A stretch of DNA of 64,000 bases from the NCBI GenBank assembly GCA_051252135.1, contig JBPOGH010000004.1, forward strand, positions 1 to 64,000. The letters run 5' to 3'. Below are positions 18,733-28,885 of the stretch, in pieces. Each line of letters starts with the position of its first letter. Position 1 is the stretch's first letter. This DNA is from Verrucomicrobiaceae bacterium (GTDB taxonomy: Bacteria > Verrucomicrobiota > Verrucomicrobiia > Verrucomicrobiales > Akkermansiaceae). A model generated the notes under the pieces. That model did no database searches, had not been told where the DNA came from, and saw only the letters and a program-made list of their open reading frames with translations. Both the position numbers and the translations under genes were made by a program.

Positions 18733-21700
18733 ATGAAGACACCTTCCCTCTCTCTTTCGCTGCTCTCTGTATTTTCGGGAAATCTCTGTGCGGTTCCGAT
18801 CGGTCTGGATGCGTTTGCGCTGGATCGGGCGGGATACGAGGTGGGGGTGGGTGATCTGGTGGGTCAGGATGGGCTGGCGGATGGGTTTACGGGGCCGTGG
18901 ATGGAGGCATATTCGGGTTCGCAGTCGGCCGGGGTGCAGGCGACTGGGTTGAGTTACACGGGAATTACCAGCAAGGGGGGGGCGATTTCGTATCCGGGAT
19001 CGGGGAACGGGCGGAGTGGTCGGCTTTTGGAAACGGGGTATACCGATGCGAGCGACGGGGTGGTGGTGTATTTTAGCACGTTAATTGAGCTGGAGAGTGT
19101 GCTGGACAGCTATCGGGCGTTTGAACTGCATTCGGGAGGGTTCGATGACGGGGCGCACCGGAAGCTGCAGATTGCGACCGGAGAGGGAGGGCTGGTGGGG
19201 GCGGGGGTGATTCCGTCGGCGGACCACTTTGCGGTGAGACTTTTCAACAATAACAGCGTGGCGATGGCGGGAGACCTTGGGGCGGGGGATACGAACGTGA
19301 ATCTGTTTGTGATCAAGATCGAGTTCTCGGCGACGGCGGACAGCGATGTGGTGTCGGTGTGGCGGAACCCGGCGGATCTAGGGGTGGAGGCGAACAATGC
19401 TCCTGATTTTACGGCGACGGGATTTAACATTCAGATTGATCGGGCGACGGTGGCGCGATTTGGGGGGGGCGGGCTGAGCTTTGATGAATTGAAGCTGGGG
19501 ACTGAGTGGGTGGATGTGACGACCCTTGATTCCTACGATGTGGATATGGACGGGATGCGTGATGCCTGGGAAGTGGCGAATGGTTTGGATCCGGCGCTTG
19601 ATGATTCGGCCCTGGATGCCGATGCGGAGGGTGGGGCGGACGGACTGACGAACCTTGAGGAGTATGAGAAAGGGACGGACCCACAGAAGGCTGATACCGA
19701 TGGGGACGGGTTGTTGGATGGTGTGGAAGACGGGGGGCAGGTTTATGTGAGTGCGAGCAAGACGGGGACCGATCCCTTGTCCGATGATTCGGATGATGAT
19801 GGTCTGAAGGATGGGATTGAGAATAATCGGGGGAGTTTTGTTTCGGCGCAGGATCCGGGGACGGATCCGAACAATCCGGATTCGGACAATGACGGGGTAT
19901 CGGACGGGGACGAAGTGGCGGCGGGGTCCGATCCGACTAATCCGGCGGATACACCGGGGACGGGGAATTTGGATTTTATTGGACTGGAGAGTTTTGATTA
20001 CGCACCGGAAGTGGTGGCGGGTCGTGCGGGTGGCGAGGGGTTTGATTTTTCGAATGTGAGCGGGGGCTTTGTGGGTCACACCCAGACGCGGTCGAGTTGG
20101 ACGGCGGTGACGGGGGTTCCCTACGTTTCCTGCGCTTCCTTGCGGACGCGGAACTCGGGTGCGGGTCGTACTTTCAACGGACCGGGTGCGTCTGATGCGA
20201 TGGCGGGTGCGGTGAGTGCGAGTGGGGCATCGAGCGTGCTTTATGCGAAGGTGAGTCTGGCGCGGAGAGCGGGTGCGTCGTGGAGTGCGTTGAGCTTTGT
20301 TGATGGCGGGACGGAGATTGTGCGGGTGGGAGTGCCGACGGCGTTTTCGCCAGGAGTGGGGGCGAGGACATTTGGGATTGCCGACCGGACGGCGGGAGGA
20401 GTGGCGAGCTTTTCGCAGAATGATGTCGTTCCCAATGCGAGGGAGAAGAATATCCTGGTGGCCAAGATTGACAGCTCGACGAATGAGGTGACCCTGTATG
20501 TGAATCCCGATCTTTCGCAAGGTGAGGGTGCGGCGACGGTGGATTCGACGGCGACCTACAATGCCACGGTGGCGGCTGCGATCACGGGGATTCGGTTGTC
20601 CTCGGGTGGCAGTGGGGATTCGGTGTGGGATGATCTGGTGCTCTCCAACAACTGGGGCGGGCTATCGACGACTGCGACGGATGTGGATGCGGACGGGATG
20701 CGTGATACCTTTGAAGAGGCGTTTGCGGTGGATGATCCGGCGGCGGACGGAGACGGTGATGATTTGACGAATCTGGAAGAGCAGAATTTGGGATCGAATC
20801 CGAACTTTGCGGACTCCGACGGGGATGAGCTGGAGGACGGTGCGGAGGTGACGGTGCACGGGACCAACCCTTGTGAGAGTGACAGCGACGACGATGGAAC
20901 GCCTGACAATGTGGAACTGGTGAACATGACGGACCCGAATGATCCGGCGAGCGGGGAGGCCTTTTTGGTCGATGGTTCACGGGAGCTTTCTTACGGGGAG
21001 GCTGATGCGGTGCAGACGATTGAGACGGGATTTGGGGACAATTTGAGTGAGTGGAACGCGGCGTATTCGCGGATTGAGGGCGGGAAGCTTTATCTGTTCT
21101 TCGCGGGGAATATGGAGACGAACTTCAACAAGGTGGAGCTCTTCATTGATGCGACGGATGCGGTGACGGGCAACGTGTTTAGCTCGGCCGGAAATGATGG
21201 TGCGGGTGAGATGGACGGGATGGTGTTTGATTTGGGATTTGAGCCGGACTACCACTTCATTTTCCGTCGTGGCAGCGGGAAGTTCGATGTGGACTTTGCG
21301 GATCTGGGGACTTCGGAATTTGCGACCTACATTGATGCCTTCCCCGGGTTTGATGAAGGGAGTGGTCCGTTGAATGGCGAGACGGCGGACAACAGCACCT
21401 TTGGCACGATCCCGGAAGAAATGCTGGTGGCGTATGATAATTCCAATGTGGGTGGAGTTGGCGGAACGGGAGGCAATTTGGCTGATCAGGATGCGGCGAA
21501 GGAGGTGCTGACCGGGCTGGAGATTTGCATCCCGCTGGCGAATTTGGGGAATCCGAGCGGGCCGATCAAGGTGATGCTTTTGCAGAACAACGGGGCGCAC
21601 GATTTTTTATCGAACCAGTCGTTGGCGGGGCTACCGGAGTTCACGGGGAATCTGGGCGACCCGCAGTTTGTGGATTTTGGGACCTACACGGGGGATCAAT

Positions 21701-21966
21701 TTTTTGTGCTGCCTGATACGGTCGGGGTGCAGGAGATCAGGGTGACCGAGGTGAGTCTGGAGGGGGCGAACCTGACGCTTCTGGTGAGCGGGTTGACTGC
21801 TGATCAGGAGTATCATCTGGAGTTTAGTCCCGATCTTGGCGGGGTGACTCCCTTTGCGGCGGTTCCGGGATCGGAGTTCACGGCGGGAGGTGCGACGCAT
21901 CTGACGGAGGTGGTGGTGTCCGGTGCCAAGGGGTTTTACCGGGTGGTGGAAGGGGAAGCTCCATAG
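18733..21966 (+). CDS. large secreted/surface protein with Ca-binding DxDxDG (TSP3-like) repeats
   Basis: signal peptide; many DSDxDG..DG.E...GTDP repeats between beta-rich domains; C-terminal YHLEFSPDL...FYRV; start ATG 18733. Confidence 0.85.
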   Translation: MKTPSLSLSLLSVFSGNLCAVPIGLDAFALDRAGYEVGVGDLVGQDGLADGFTGPWMEAYSGSQSAGVQATGLSYTGITSKGGAISYPGSGNGRSGRLLETGYTDASDGVVVYFSTLIELESVLDSYRAFELHSGGFDDGAHRKLQIATGEGGLVGAGVIPSADHFAVRLFNNNSVAMAGDLGAGDTNVNLFVIKIEFSATADSDVVSVWRNPADLGVEANNAPDFTATGFNIQIDRATVARFGGGGLSFDELKLGTEWVDVTTLDSYDVDMDGMRDAWEVANGLDPALDDSALDADAEGGADGLTNLEEYEKGTDPQKADTDGDGLLDGVEDGGQVYVSASKTGTDPLSDDSDDDGLKDGIENNRGSFVSAQDPGTDPNNPDSDNDGVSDGDEVAAGSDPTNPADTPGTGNLDFIGLESFDYAPEVVAGRAGGEGFDFSNVSGGFVGHTQTRSSWTAVTGVPYVSCASLRTRNSGAGRTFNGPGASDAMAGAVSASGASSVLYAKVSLARRAGASWSALSFVDGGTEIVRVGVPTAFSPGVGARTFGIADRTAGGVASFSQNDVVPNAREKNILVAKIDSSTNEVTLYVNPDLSQGEGAATVDSTATYNATVAAAITGIRLSSGGSGDSVWDDLVLSNNWGGLSTTATDVDADGMRDTFEEAFAVDDPAADGDGDDLTNLEEQNLGSNPNFADSDGDELEDGAEVTVHGTNPCESDSDDDGTPDNVELVNMTDPNDPASGEAFLVDGSRELSYGEADAVQTIETGFGDNLSEWNAAYSRIEGGKLYLFFAGNMETNFNKVELFIDATDAVTGNVFSSAGNDGAGEMDGMVFDLGFEPDYHFIFRRGSGKFDVDFADLGTSEFATYIDAFPGFDEGSGPLNGETADNSTFGTIPEEMLVAYDNSNVGGVGGTGGNLADQDAAKEVLTGLEICIPLANLGNPSGPIKVMLLQNNGAHDFLSNQSLAGLPEFTGNLGDPQFVDFGTYTGDQFFVLPDTVGVQEIRVTEVSLEGANLTLLVSGLTADQEYHLEFSPDLGGVTPFAAVPGSEFTAGGATHLTEVVVSGAKGFYRVVEGEAP

Positions 21967-21986
21967 CGGGGCTTTGATTTAATTCT

Positions 21987-22016
21987 AAAAGGCGGGTCAT
22001 GGTGGCCCGCTTTTTT
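21987..22016 (+). terminator. Rho-independent terminator
   Basis: GCGGGTCA-TGG-TGGCCCGC hairpin followed by T6, with an A-run upstream. Confidence 0.8.
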
Positions 22017-22069
22017 GGGTGGCGGGGGATTGAAGTGGAGGTGTGAGGGGGGCTTGGTAGGGTTGGCGG

Positions 22070-23362
22070 ATGATGACGAAGGTTCCGTTTTGTTCCGCGC
22101 TTTTATTGTCTCTGGTGATGCTTTGGCCACTGGCGGCGCGGAAGCCGAATGTGATCGTCATTTTCACGGATGATCAGGGGACGATCGACATGAATTGTTA
22201 TGGGGCGAAGGATTTGGTGACGCCGCACATGGATGGGTTGGCGAAGCGGGGGGTGCGGTTTACGCAATTTTATGCGGCGGCTCCGGTGTGCTCGCCATCG
22301 CGGGTGGGCTTGCTGACGGGGCGGACGCCGCAGCATGGGGGCTTGAACGGGAACGTGGGAATCACGGCGGTGGGGATGCCGACGGAGCAGGTGACGATTG
22401 CGGAAGAGCTGAAGAAGGCGGGTTATGCGACGGCGCAGATTGGGAAGTGGCATCTGGGGCACCATGAAAAGACGAAGCCGAATGGGCAGGGGTTTGATCA
22501 TTCCTTTGGGCACCTGGTGGGGTGCATCGACAACTACTCGCACTTCTTTTACTGGAATGGGCCGAACAAGCATGACCTGTGGCGGAACGGTGAGGAGGTG
22601 TTTTACAACGGGGAGTTTTTTCCCGATCTGATGGTGAAGGAAGCGGGTGAGTTTATTGAGGAGAACAAGGAGAAGCCGTTCTTTATCTACTTCGCGCTGA
22701 ACACGCCGCACTACCCGTATCAGGGGTCGCCCGAGTGGTTGGCGCACTACAAGGATTTGCCGTATCCGCGGAATCTTTATGCGGCGTTTTTGTCGACGAC
22801 CGATGAGCGGATCGGGAGTTTGTTGAAGAAGGTGGATGAGGCGGGGTTGACGGAAGATACGGTCGTGATTTTTCAGTCGGATCACGGGGCATCCGAGGAA
22901 GTGCGGGCGCACAGTGGGGGTGGGAGTGCGGGGCCTCATCGGGGGGCGAAGTTTAGCCTTTATGAGGGTGGGATTCGGGTGCCGGCGATTATTTCGTGGC
23001 CCGGGACGTTGCCGGAGAATGTGGTGCGGGAGCAGGTGGCGACGGGGTGTGATTGGTATCCGACGATTCTGGAGTTGTGCGGGCTGCCCGCGGCTGAGCA
23101 CGAAATCGACGGGAAGAGTCTTTTGCCGGTGATTGGGTCGGGAGAGGCGGCATCAGCCCATGAGACCTTTCATTGGAAGTCGGGAAAGGCGAGGGCGGTG
23201 CGTGAAGGAAAGTGGAAGCTGGTGGTGACGGGGAAGAAGGTGGAGCTTTATGATTTGCCGAATGATTTGGGGGAGGCGAAGAATTTGGCAGGGGAGGAGC
23301 CGGAGGTGGTGGAGCGACTTCGGGAGGAGAGTTGGAGATATTGGGAGAGTTTGGAGGAGTGA
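22070..23362 (+). CDS. formylglycine-dependent (Cys-type) sulfatase
   Basis: PNVIVIFTDD, CSPSRVGLLTG, GKWHLG, SDHG, LYEGGIRVP. Confidence 0.95.
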   Translation: MMTKVPFCSALLLSLVMLWPLAARKPNVIVIFTDDQGTIDMNCYGAKDLVTPHMDGLAKRGVRFTQFYAAAPVCSPSRVGLLTGRTPQHGGLNGNVGITAVGMPTEQVTIAEELKKAGYATAQIGKWHLGHHEKTKPNGQGFDHSFGHLVGCIDNYSHFFYWNGPNKHDLWRNGEEVFYNGEFFPDLMVKEAGEFIEENKEKPFFIYFALNTPHYPYQGSPEWLAHYKDLPYPRNLYAAFLSTTDERIGSLLKKVDEAGLTEDTVVIFQSDHGASEEVRAHSGGGSAGPHRGAKFSLYEGGIRVPAIISWPGTLPENVVREQVATGCDWYPTILELCGLPAAEHEIDGKSLLPVIGSGEAASAHETFHWKSGKARAVREGKWKLVVTGKKVELYDLPNDLGEAKNLAGEEPEVVERLREESWRYWESLEE

Positions 23363-23402
23363 TTTGTTTTCTGTTTACGTGTTGGTTTTGGTAGATGGAG
23401 TG

Positions 23403-24569
23403 ATGACCAGAGAGATCGCATTTTTTGCCCTGCTTCAGTTGCCGGTATTTGCTTCGCCGGAAACGGTGTTTGAGGCGCAGGTGATTGATGACAAGATTAC
23501 GGTGGGGTATGGGTTGGCGCTGGCGGATGTGGATGGAGACGGGAAGGTGGATATTTTATTGGCGGACTCCGACCGGACGGTGGCGTATCGGGCGCCGGAG
23601 TGGACGAAGCATGAACTGACGGGGAAGCTGACGGAGCGGGATCATGTTTGTCTTTGTGCGAAAGATATCACGGGGGACGGGAAGGCGGAGATTGTCTTGG
23701 GGGCGGAGTGGAACCCGGGGGATACGAAGACGAGCGGGGCGGTGTTTTCACTGAACGAGCAGGCGGACTGCTTTGCTCCGAGGTCGGCGAAGCAGCATCA
23801 TCATGAGCCGACGGTGCACCGGATGCATTGGGTGGCGGAGGCGAATGAGCGTCACTTTTTGGCGGTGCTTCCGTTGCACGGGCCGGGGAATCGGAAGGGG
23901 GAAGGTGAGGGGATCAATTTTTTGGGGTATCGTCCGGATGTTGATCCGGCAAAGGATTGGCGGACTTTTCTGATCCATAAGGGATTTCACTTGGCGCACA
24001 ATTTTGATCCGGTGAGGTGGGATGATTCGGGGAATGAGCACATTTTGGTGGCCTGTAAGGAAGGGGTGCAGTTGTTGTCCCCGGCGAAGGATGAGCCGTG
24101 GAAGGCGACGGCGATGACGAAGGAGGGAGCGGGTGAGGTAAGGCTGGGAACGCTGCCAAACGGGAAGCGTTTTATCGTGACGATCGAGCCGATGCACGGG
24201 AATGAGGTGGTGATCAATCCGGAGGCGCAGGAGGGGGAGTGGTCGGCGGAGCGGATGGTGATTGATGATACGCTGAACCAAGGTCACGCGTTGGTGACGG
24301 GTGATTTTTTAGGCCTGGGATACGATCAGGTGGTGGCCGGTTGGCGGATGCCGACGAAGGAGGGGAAGAAGGTGGGGCTCCGTCTTTATGCGCCGACGGA
24401 TCGGGAAGGTTCCTCGTGGAAGCTTCACACGGTCATCGACGACAATGTGATGGCGTGCGAGGACCTGAAGGCGGGTGACTTGAATGGAGACGGCCGGATT
24501 GATCTGGTGGCGTCGGGGAGATCGACGAAGAACGTGATCATCTATTGGAACAAGCTCCCGGCTAACTGA
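23403..24569 (+). CDS. FG-GAP/VCBS beta-propeller protein (aldos-2-ulose dehydratase-like)
   Basis: ADVDGDGKVDI, DITGDGKAEI, GDLNGDGRIDL repeats; His-rich HRMHW, EPMHGN, GHAL motifs; start ATG 23403. Confidence 0.75.
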   Translation: MTREIAFFALLQLPVFASPETVFEAQVIDDKITVGYGLALADVDGDGKVDILLADSDRTVAYRAPEWTKHELTGKLTERDHVCLCAKDITGDGKAEIVLGAEWNPGDTKTSGAVFSLNEQADCFAPRSAKQHHHEPTVHRMHWVAEANERHFLAVLPLHGPGNRKGEGEGINFLGYRPDVDPAKDWRTFLIHKGFHLAHNFDPVRWDDSGNEHILVACKEGVQLLSPAKDEPWKATAMTKEGAGEVRLGTLPNGKRFIVTIEPMHGNEVVINPEAQEGEWSAERMVIDDTLNQGHALVTGDFLGLGYDQVVAGWRMPTKEGKKVGLRLYAPTDREGSSWKLHTVIDDNVMACEDLKAGDLNGDGRIDLVASGRSTKNVIIYWNKLPAN

Positions 24570-26163
24570 GGCGGAGGAAGAGGGCGAAGAGAAGAAGGCC
24601 TCCGGCGATCTTGTCGCGGAGCTGGAACTTTGCGCCGGCGGAGGTGTGGCGGAGGAATTTGAAGAGGGCTCCGGTGGGGCAGCCGTACTTGCAGTAGGCG
24701 AGGGGGATGAAGAGGGAGGCGAGGAGGCCGATGATGGCGATGAGGATGGTGGCGAGGCCAGCGGAGCGCCAGAGCCAGGCGTCGAAGGGTTCGAAGTCGG
24801 CGTAGTTGACCGCCATGGTGGTGAGGGCTAGGAAGGTGATGAGGATGAGGAGGGCGGAAGGAAGATGGGAGAGGGTTTTGTGGAGTTTTTTGGGAACCTT
24901 GACGGGCTTGATTGGGAGTTTGCCGAGCCATTGCTGGAGGAATCCGTGGGGGCAGAGTTGGTGGCAGTAGAGGGAGTTTCCGGTCGACCAGGGGATGAGG
25001 AGGGCGGCGGCGGCGAGGAGGATGAGGCCCCAGGATTCGGTGAGGGGGAGGCCGTGCTTGGCCCAACCGATGAAGAGGGCTTGGGAGAGGAGGTCGCCGA
25101 AGAGGAGGCCGAGGATGAGGACGACGGTGAGTTGCCAGAGGAGGCGGGCGAGGGTTTTGCCGCGGAGTTTGGTGAAGGAAAAGAGGAGGGCGCCGAGGGT
25201 GAGGAGGACGAGGGCGATGTTTCGCCACGGGAGCTCGAAGGGGACGGGGGTGCGGTCTTGTTCGAAGCGGGTGAGGCGGCGTTTTACTCCTTCGGCGATG
25301 GCCCAGGAGGTGTCGGTGGCGCCGGAAATGCCCTCGATGTTTTCATCCGAGGTGATGATTTGGGTGATGGACTTGCCGTTGTAAAGTTGGAGGTAGTCGC
25401 TGCTGTCGAGGATGCGCTCGTAGTAGTCCTCGTTATCGTAGCTTTTTCGGAAGCGGAGGCCTGTGACGGTTTCGGCTTTTTCGTCGAGGAGGATGAGGAC
25501 GTCGGTGGGGCCCTGGAAGCCGATGAGGTATTCGAGTTGAGGGGCGGTGCGAAGGGCGTGTCCGATTAAGTTCTGAGATTTATCGTACAAGCGGACGGTG
25601 CCGGGCCAGCCGGGATGGTCGTCCATGGAGATGGCTTCGGGGAGGAGGGCGGCGAACTCGGCGAGGAGGATTTCGGTGGGAAAAAGGCGGGAGGTGGTTT
25701 GGCCGCCAAGGCGCTCGATAATGCTGCGGGAGATGGCGACGGAGGTGAGAGTGGATCCGGAGACGGCGTCGATTTTCGGGTTGCCGGGGGAGCCCAGTTT
25801 GAGGCCGTGGTGGGCGTGCCAGAAGGCGGAGTGATCGATGACGGACTGGAGGTGGTCCTGGGTGTCGGGGGAGTGGATGAGCTCGGTGCCGATGACGCGA
25901 CCGGTGGTGTCGAGGGCGATGGCGACATCGGCGGGGCCGGAGTAGCCGCGGATGTGGGAGGTCTCGGGGAGGGTGGAGAGGAGGTAGCCGAGGTGGGTGC
26001 CTTCGGATGAAGAGACCTCGTGGGTGGAGGGGTCGAGAGTGGCGGCCTCGGGGAAGAATTCGTGGAGGGGGAGTTCTTTGTTAGGGGAGGGAGTCCAGCC
26101 CTGGATGAGCCACGCGATGCCGAGGATAACGGCAAGGCGGTAGAGGCGGACCAAGTGGGGCAT
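24562..26163 (-). CDS. NosR/NirI-like membrane protein with two FMN-binding domains and CX3CP motifs
   Basis: DAVSGSTLTS and EGISGATDTS flavinylation-type motifs; YCHQLCPHG and YCKYGCPTG; C-terminal TM domain. Confidence 0.85.
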   Translation of the reverse strand: MPHLVRLYRLAVILGIAWLIQGWTPSPNKELPLHEFFPEAATLDPSTHEVSSSEGTHLGYLLSTLPETSHIRGYSGPADVAIALDTTGRVIGTELIHSPDTQDHLQSVIDHSAFWHAHHGLKLGSPGNPKIDAVSGSTLTSVAISRSIIERLGGQTTSRLFPTEILLAEFAALLPEAISMDDHPGWPGTVRLYDKSQNLIGHALRTAPQLEYLIGFQGPTDVLILLDEKAETVTGLRFRKSYDNEDYYERILDSSDYLQLYNGKSITQIITSDENIEGISGATDTSWAIAEGVKRRLTRFEQDRTPVPFELPWRNIALVLLTLGALLFSFTKLRGKTLARLLWQLTVVLILGLLFGDLLSQALFIGWAKHGLPLTESWGLILLAAAALLIPWSTGNSLYCHQLCPHGFLQQWLGKLPIKPVKVPKKLHKTLSHLPSALLILITFLALTTMAVNYADFEPFDAWLWRSAGLATILIAIIGLLASLFIPLAYCKYGCPTGALFKFLRHTSAGAKFQLRDKIAGGLLLFALFLRLS

Positions 26164-26175
26164 GGGGAGAGTGTG

Positions 26176-26497
26176 AACCGCAAAGATGCTAAGGCGCGAA
26201 GGTTTTTTTGAGGGTTTGGGGGGCGGAGTTGAGGCGCGGGCTGCGGGAGGGTTTTTTTTGACTGCGGGGTGCCGGGCTTGCCCTTGATTGGTTAAGACGG
26301 GAAACCCAGGGCGATGCCCTGGGCTGAGTTGTTTTGCCCCTTTGGGGCTTGGTTGAGGGGCTTGGGTTCTGGAGTTCGGCTAAAGCACCCGAGGGCATTT
26401 CACCTACACTACGAACTGGGGCTTGGTTGGGGGGCTTGGTTGGGGGGCTTGGTTGGGGGGCTTGGTTGAGGGGCGTAAGGCTGGAAGCCTACGCTCC
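26176..26497 (+). repeat. intergenic mosaic array 3
   Basis: AACCGCAAAGATGCTAAGGCGCGAAG; palindrome CCCAGGGCGATGCCCTGGG; linker x2 at 26346; GGCTAAAGC...ACTACGAAC; 13-bp unit CTTGGTTGRGGGG x4 from 26422; REP-like GTAAGGCTGGAAGCCTACGCTCC. Confidence 0.85.
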
Positions 26498-26502
26498 ATA
26501 GC

Positions 26503-28776
26503 TTACTTCTTGATGAGTTGGACGGCGTCGATTCCGAGGATGCCGGAGGGGCCGTTTTTGACGGTGATGGTGGCGGGGAGGACGTCGGAGAACTCGAAGG
26601 TTCCGAGGATGGCGCAGGCCTTGTTTTTGGGGAGGACGGATTGATCGAGGGTGACGGTGTCTGTTCCTCCGGCGTGGGTGATTTCGATTTGGGCGGCTTT
26701 GGTGCGGCTTTTGTGGACCTGCCAGAAGAAGCGGACTTCGTAGGTGCCGCTTTCCTTGACGCGGGCGGTGAAGGTGGCGGAGGCGTCACCGGAGGCGTAT
26801 TGGTAGGCGTGATCGATGTGGGGCTTGAGGTTATCGGTGCTGGTCCATTTTCCGGAGAGCTTGGCCTTGCGGTCGTCGACGACGATGCCGGCCATGTTAC
26901 CGGTCCATTTTTGATTCGGGTGGATGCGGAGTCCTTCTTCCGGGATGGGCGGGATGGTGAGTTCGGCGTCGATTGATTTACGGAAGGCGCGACCGGGCTG
27001 GTGCATGAGGTCGATGAGCATGGGGAGGTAGTTTTGGTAAACGCCGCGTGGGGTGGTTTCCTGGGTGGTGGCGATCCAGGCGGCCTTGCCGACGACTTCT
27101 CCCATCATGCCGCAGGTGCGCATGACGCGGGTGGTGCCGAGGGCGCGACGGTCGACGGAGACGCAACGTCCGGCCATGAAGAGGTTCTCGATATTTTTCG
27201 AGTACATGATGCGGTAGGGGATGGGGTATCCGGTTTGGCGGTTGGCCTTGTGCTCGTGGACGGCGATGGAGATGAAGGGGTTGTCTTTGGCGACGCCCTT
27301 CATGAATTCTTTTTTGGGGTAGTGGAGGTCGATGGACCAGGTGGTGGGGACGCAGCCGTCGGGGAATTCTTTTTTCGCTGCGATGTCATCGCCGGTAAGG
27401 ATGACGTCGCCCTCGAGTCGGCGTGATTCGCGGTTGCCTCCGATGAAGGCCATCCACATCAGTTGGGCGTTTTTGTGCTTCTCGGCTTCGGGTCCGTGCT
27501 TGAGGGCGGTGAAGGCGCCGAAGTTGGCGCGGAGGTTCCAGTCGCGGATGGCTTCGAGGTCTTCGATGGGATGTTTGTCGTATCCGCCTTCCCAGAACCA
27601 TTCGGCTTTGTAGAACTTATCGTAGGCTCCGCGTGAGGCGTGGAGGGAAGGGAAATCGCCGACGTTGAGGGGGAGGGCCCAAGGGGTTTTGGGCCAGGGG
27701 ACTTCCCGGGCGGCGGGCTTCCAGGACCACATGTTGGACATGCCCATGTGGCCTTTTTCGAGCATCATGAATTTTGCGCCGGCGAGGGCGCCAATGGTGC
27801 CGTGTCCGGTGCCATCGCAGTAGAATTTCCCTTTGAAGCGGGTGAAGCTGCCGGTGGTGGTATCGACGGCGGTGACGGAGTTGATTTTGTTCTCCTTGGC
27901 GTCGACCTGGAAGGCGAAGTGGTTGAGGAAGAGATCGAGGTTCTTCTCGGCGCGGGCGACTTGTTCCTTGAGGTCATCGACGTATTCTTCGCTGAGGCCG
28001 GGGGAGTCGCTGGCGAAGTCGGTAAATTCATCGACGATTTGTCCGAGCATGGGGAATTTTCCGCGTTGGGTTCCGCCCATGGCCCAGACGTGGACTTCGG
28101 ACGAGCCGTTGCCGCCGAGGACGGGGCGGTCGTGGATGAGGGCGACCTTGAGGCCCTGGCGAGCGCCGGAGATGGCGGCAGCGAGGCCGGAGTATCCGCC
28201 TCCGACGACGACGAGGTCATAGCCGTCCTCGGTGGGAGGATCTGCGGGGAGGTCGAGTTGGGTGCGGCGGAAGTTGAAGAGGGCCTGGTCGTCGTTGGGC
28301 GGGGAGAAGTCGGCGTCCTTGGTGAAGAAGAGGGCGTCGCAGCGTCCGTTGAAGCCTTTGAGGTCCTTGAGGGCGATGGTGGCTTCGGGGTCGGTGATTT
28401 CGACCGTGCCGCCTTTTTGCCAGTGCCACTGGGCGCCTTCGTTTCCGAAGGTGTTGACGGGTTTGCCATTGATGAGGACTTCGAACTCGCCGGGGGTGCC
28501 GGGGGCGTCCCACTGGGCGACCCAGTCCTTGGTGCGGACGTGGAGGTGGTAGGTGCCGGTAGAGGGGAAGGTGACTTTGGTGGAGGCATCGGCGACGGGG
28601 GTGCCCATGCCGTGGGCGATGAGGTAGGCCGAGCCCATATTGAGGATGAACTGGGAGTCGGTGGACCATCCGCCGCGGTTATCGAAGGCTTCGGCTTCGA
28701 GGAAGACGGAATCGGTATCTTGCGCGGGAAGGGCGAGAGCGGTGGCGAGGAGGATTGGAGCGAATCGGGAGATCAT
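26503..28776 (-). CDS. secreted FAD-dependent oxidoreductase with N- and C-terminal beta-sandwich (golvesin/CBM-like) domains
   Basis: signal peptide; VVVGGGYSG, LGGNGSSE, DGTGHG, RESRRLEG, NLFMAGRC, RVMRTC motifs. Confidence 0.88.
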   Translation of the reverse strand: MISRFAPILLATALALPAQDTDSVFLEAEAFDNRGGWSTDSQFILNMGSAYLIAHGMGTPVADASTKVTFPSTGTYHLHVRTKDWVAQWDAPGTPGEFEVLINGKPVNTFGNEGAQWHWQKGGTVEITDPEATIALKDLKGFNGRCDALFFTKDADFSPPNDDQALFNFRRTQLDLPADPPTEDGYDLVVVGGGYSGLAAAISGARQGLKVALIHDRPVLGGNGSSEVHVWAMGGTQRGKFPMLGQIVDEFTDFASDSPGLSEEYVDDLKEQVARAEKNLDLFLNHFAFQVDAKENKINSVTAVDTTTGSFTRFKGKFYCDGTGHGTIGALAGAKFMMLEKGHMGMSNMWSWKPAAREVPWPKTPWALPLNVGDFPSLHASRGAYDKFYKAEWFWEGGYDKHPIEDLEAIRDWNLRANFGAFTALKHGPEAEKHKNAQLMWMAFIGGNRESRRLEGDVILTGDDIAAKKEFPDGCVPTTWSIDLHYPKKEFMKGVAKDNPFISIAVHEHKANRQTGYPIPYRIMYSKNIENLFMAGRCVSVDRRALGTTRVMRTCGMMGEVVGKAAWIATTQETTPRGVYQNYLPMLIDLMHQPGRAFRKSIDAELTIPPIPEEGLRIHPNQKWTGNMAGIVVDDRKAKLSGKWTSTDNLKPHIDHAYQYASGDASATFTARVKESGTYEVRFFWQVHKSRTKAAQIEITHAGGTDTVTLDQSVLPKNKACAILGTFEFSDVLPATITVKNGPSGILGIDAVQLIKK

Positions 28777-28885
28777 CGGTTGAGAAGAGAATGTTGCAAT
28801 GGTGGGGAAAACGCAGATAATTCGAAAGGCTTATCAGAGGAGTTTTTGTGTGACAAATTTGAAATGGTCGAAGATTTTACGACTT

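Noticed and set aside
26418..26473. Tandem 13-15 bp repeats here and at 56445-56518 as a CRISPR array
   Set aside because: The repeats are too short and often directly adjacent, the intervening sequences vary widely in length and recur at other loci, and no cas genes are present.
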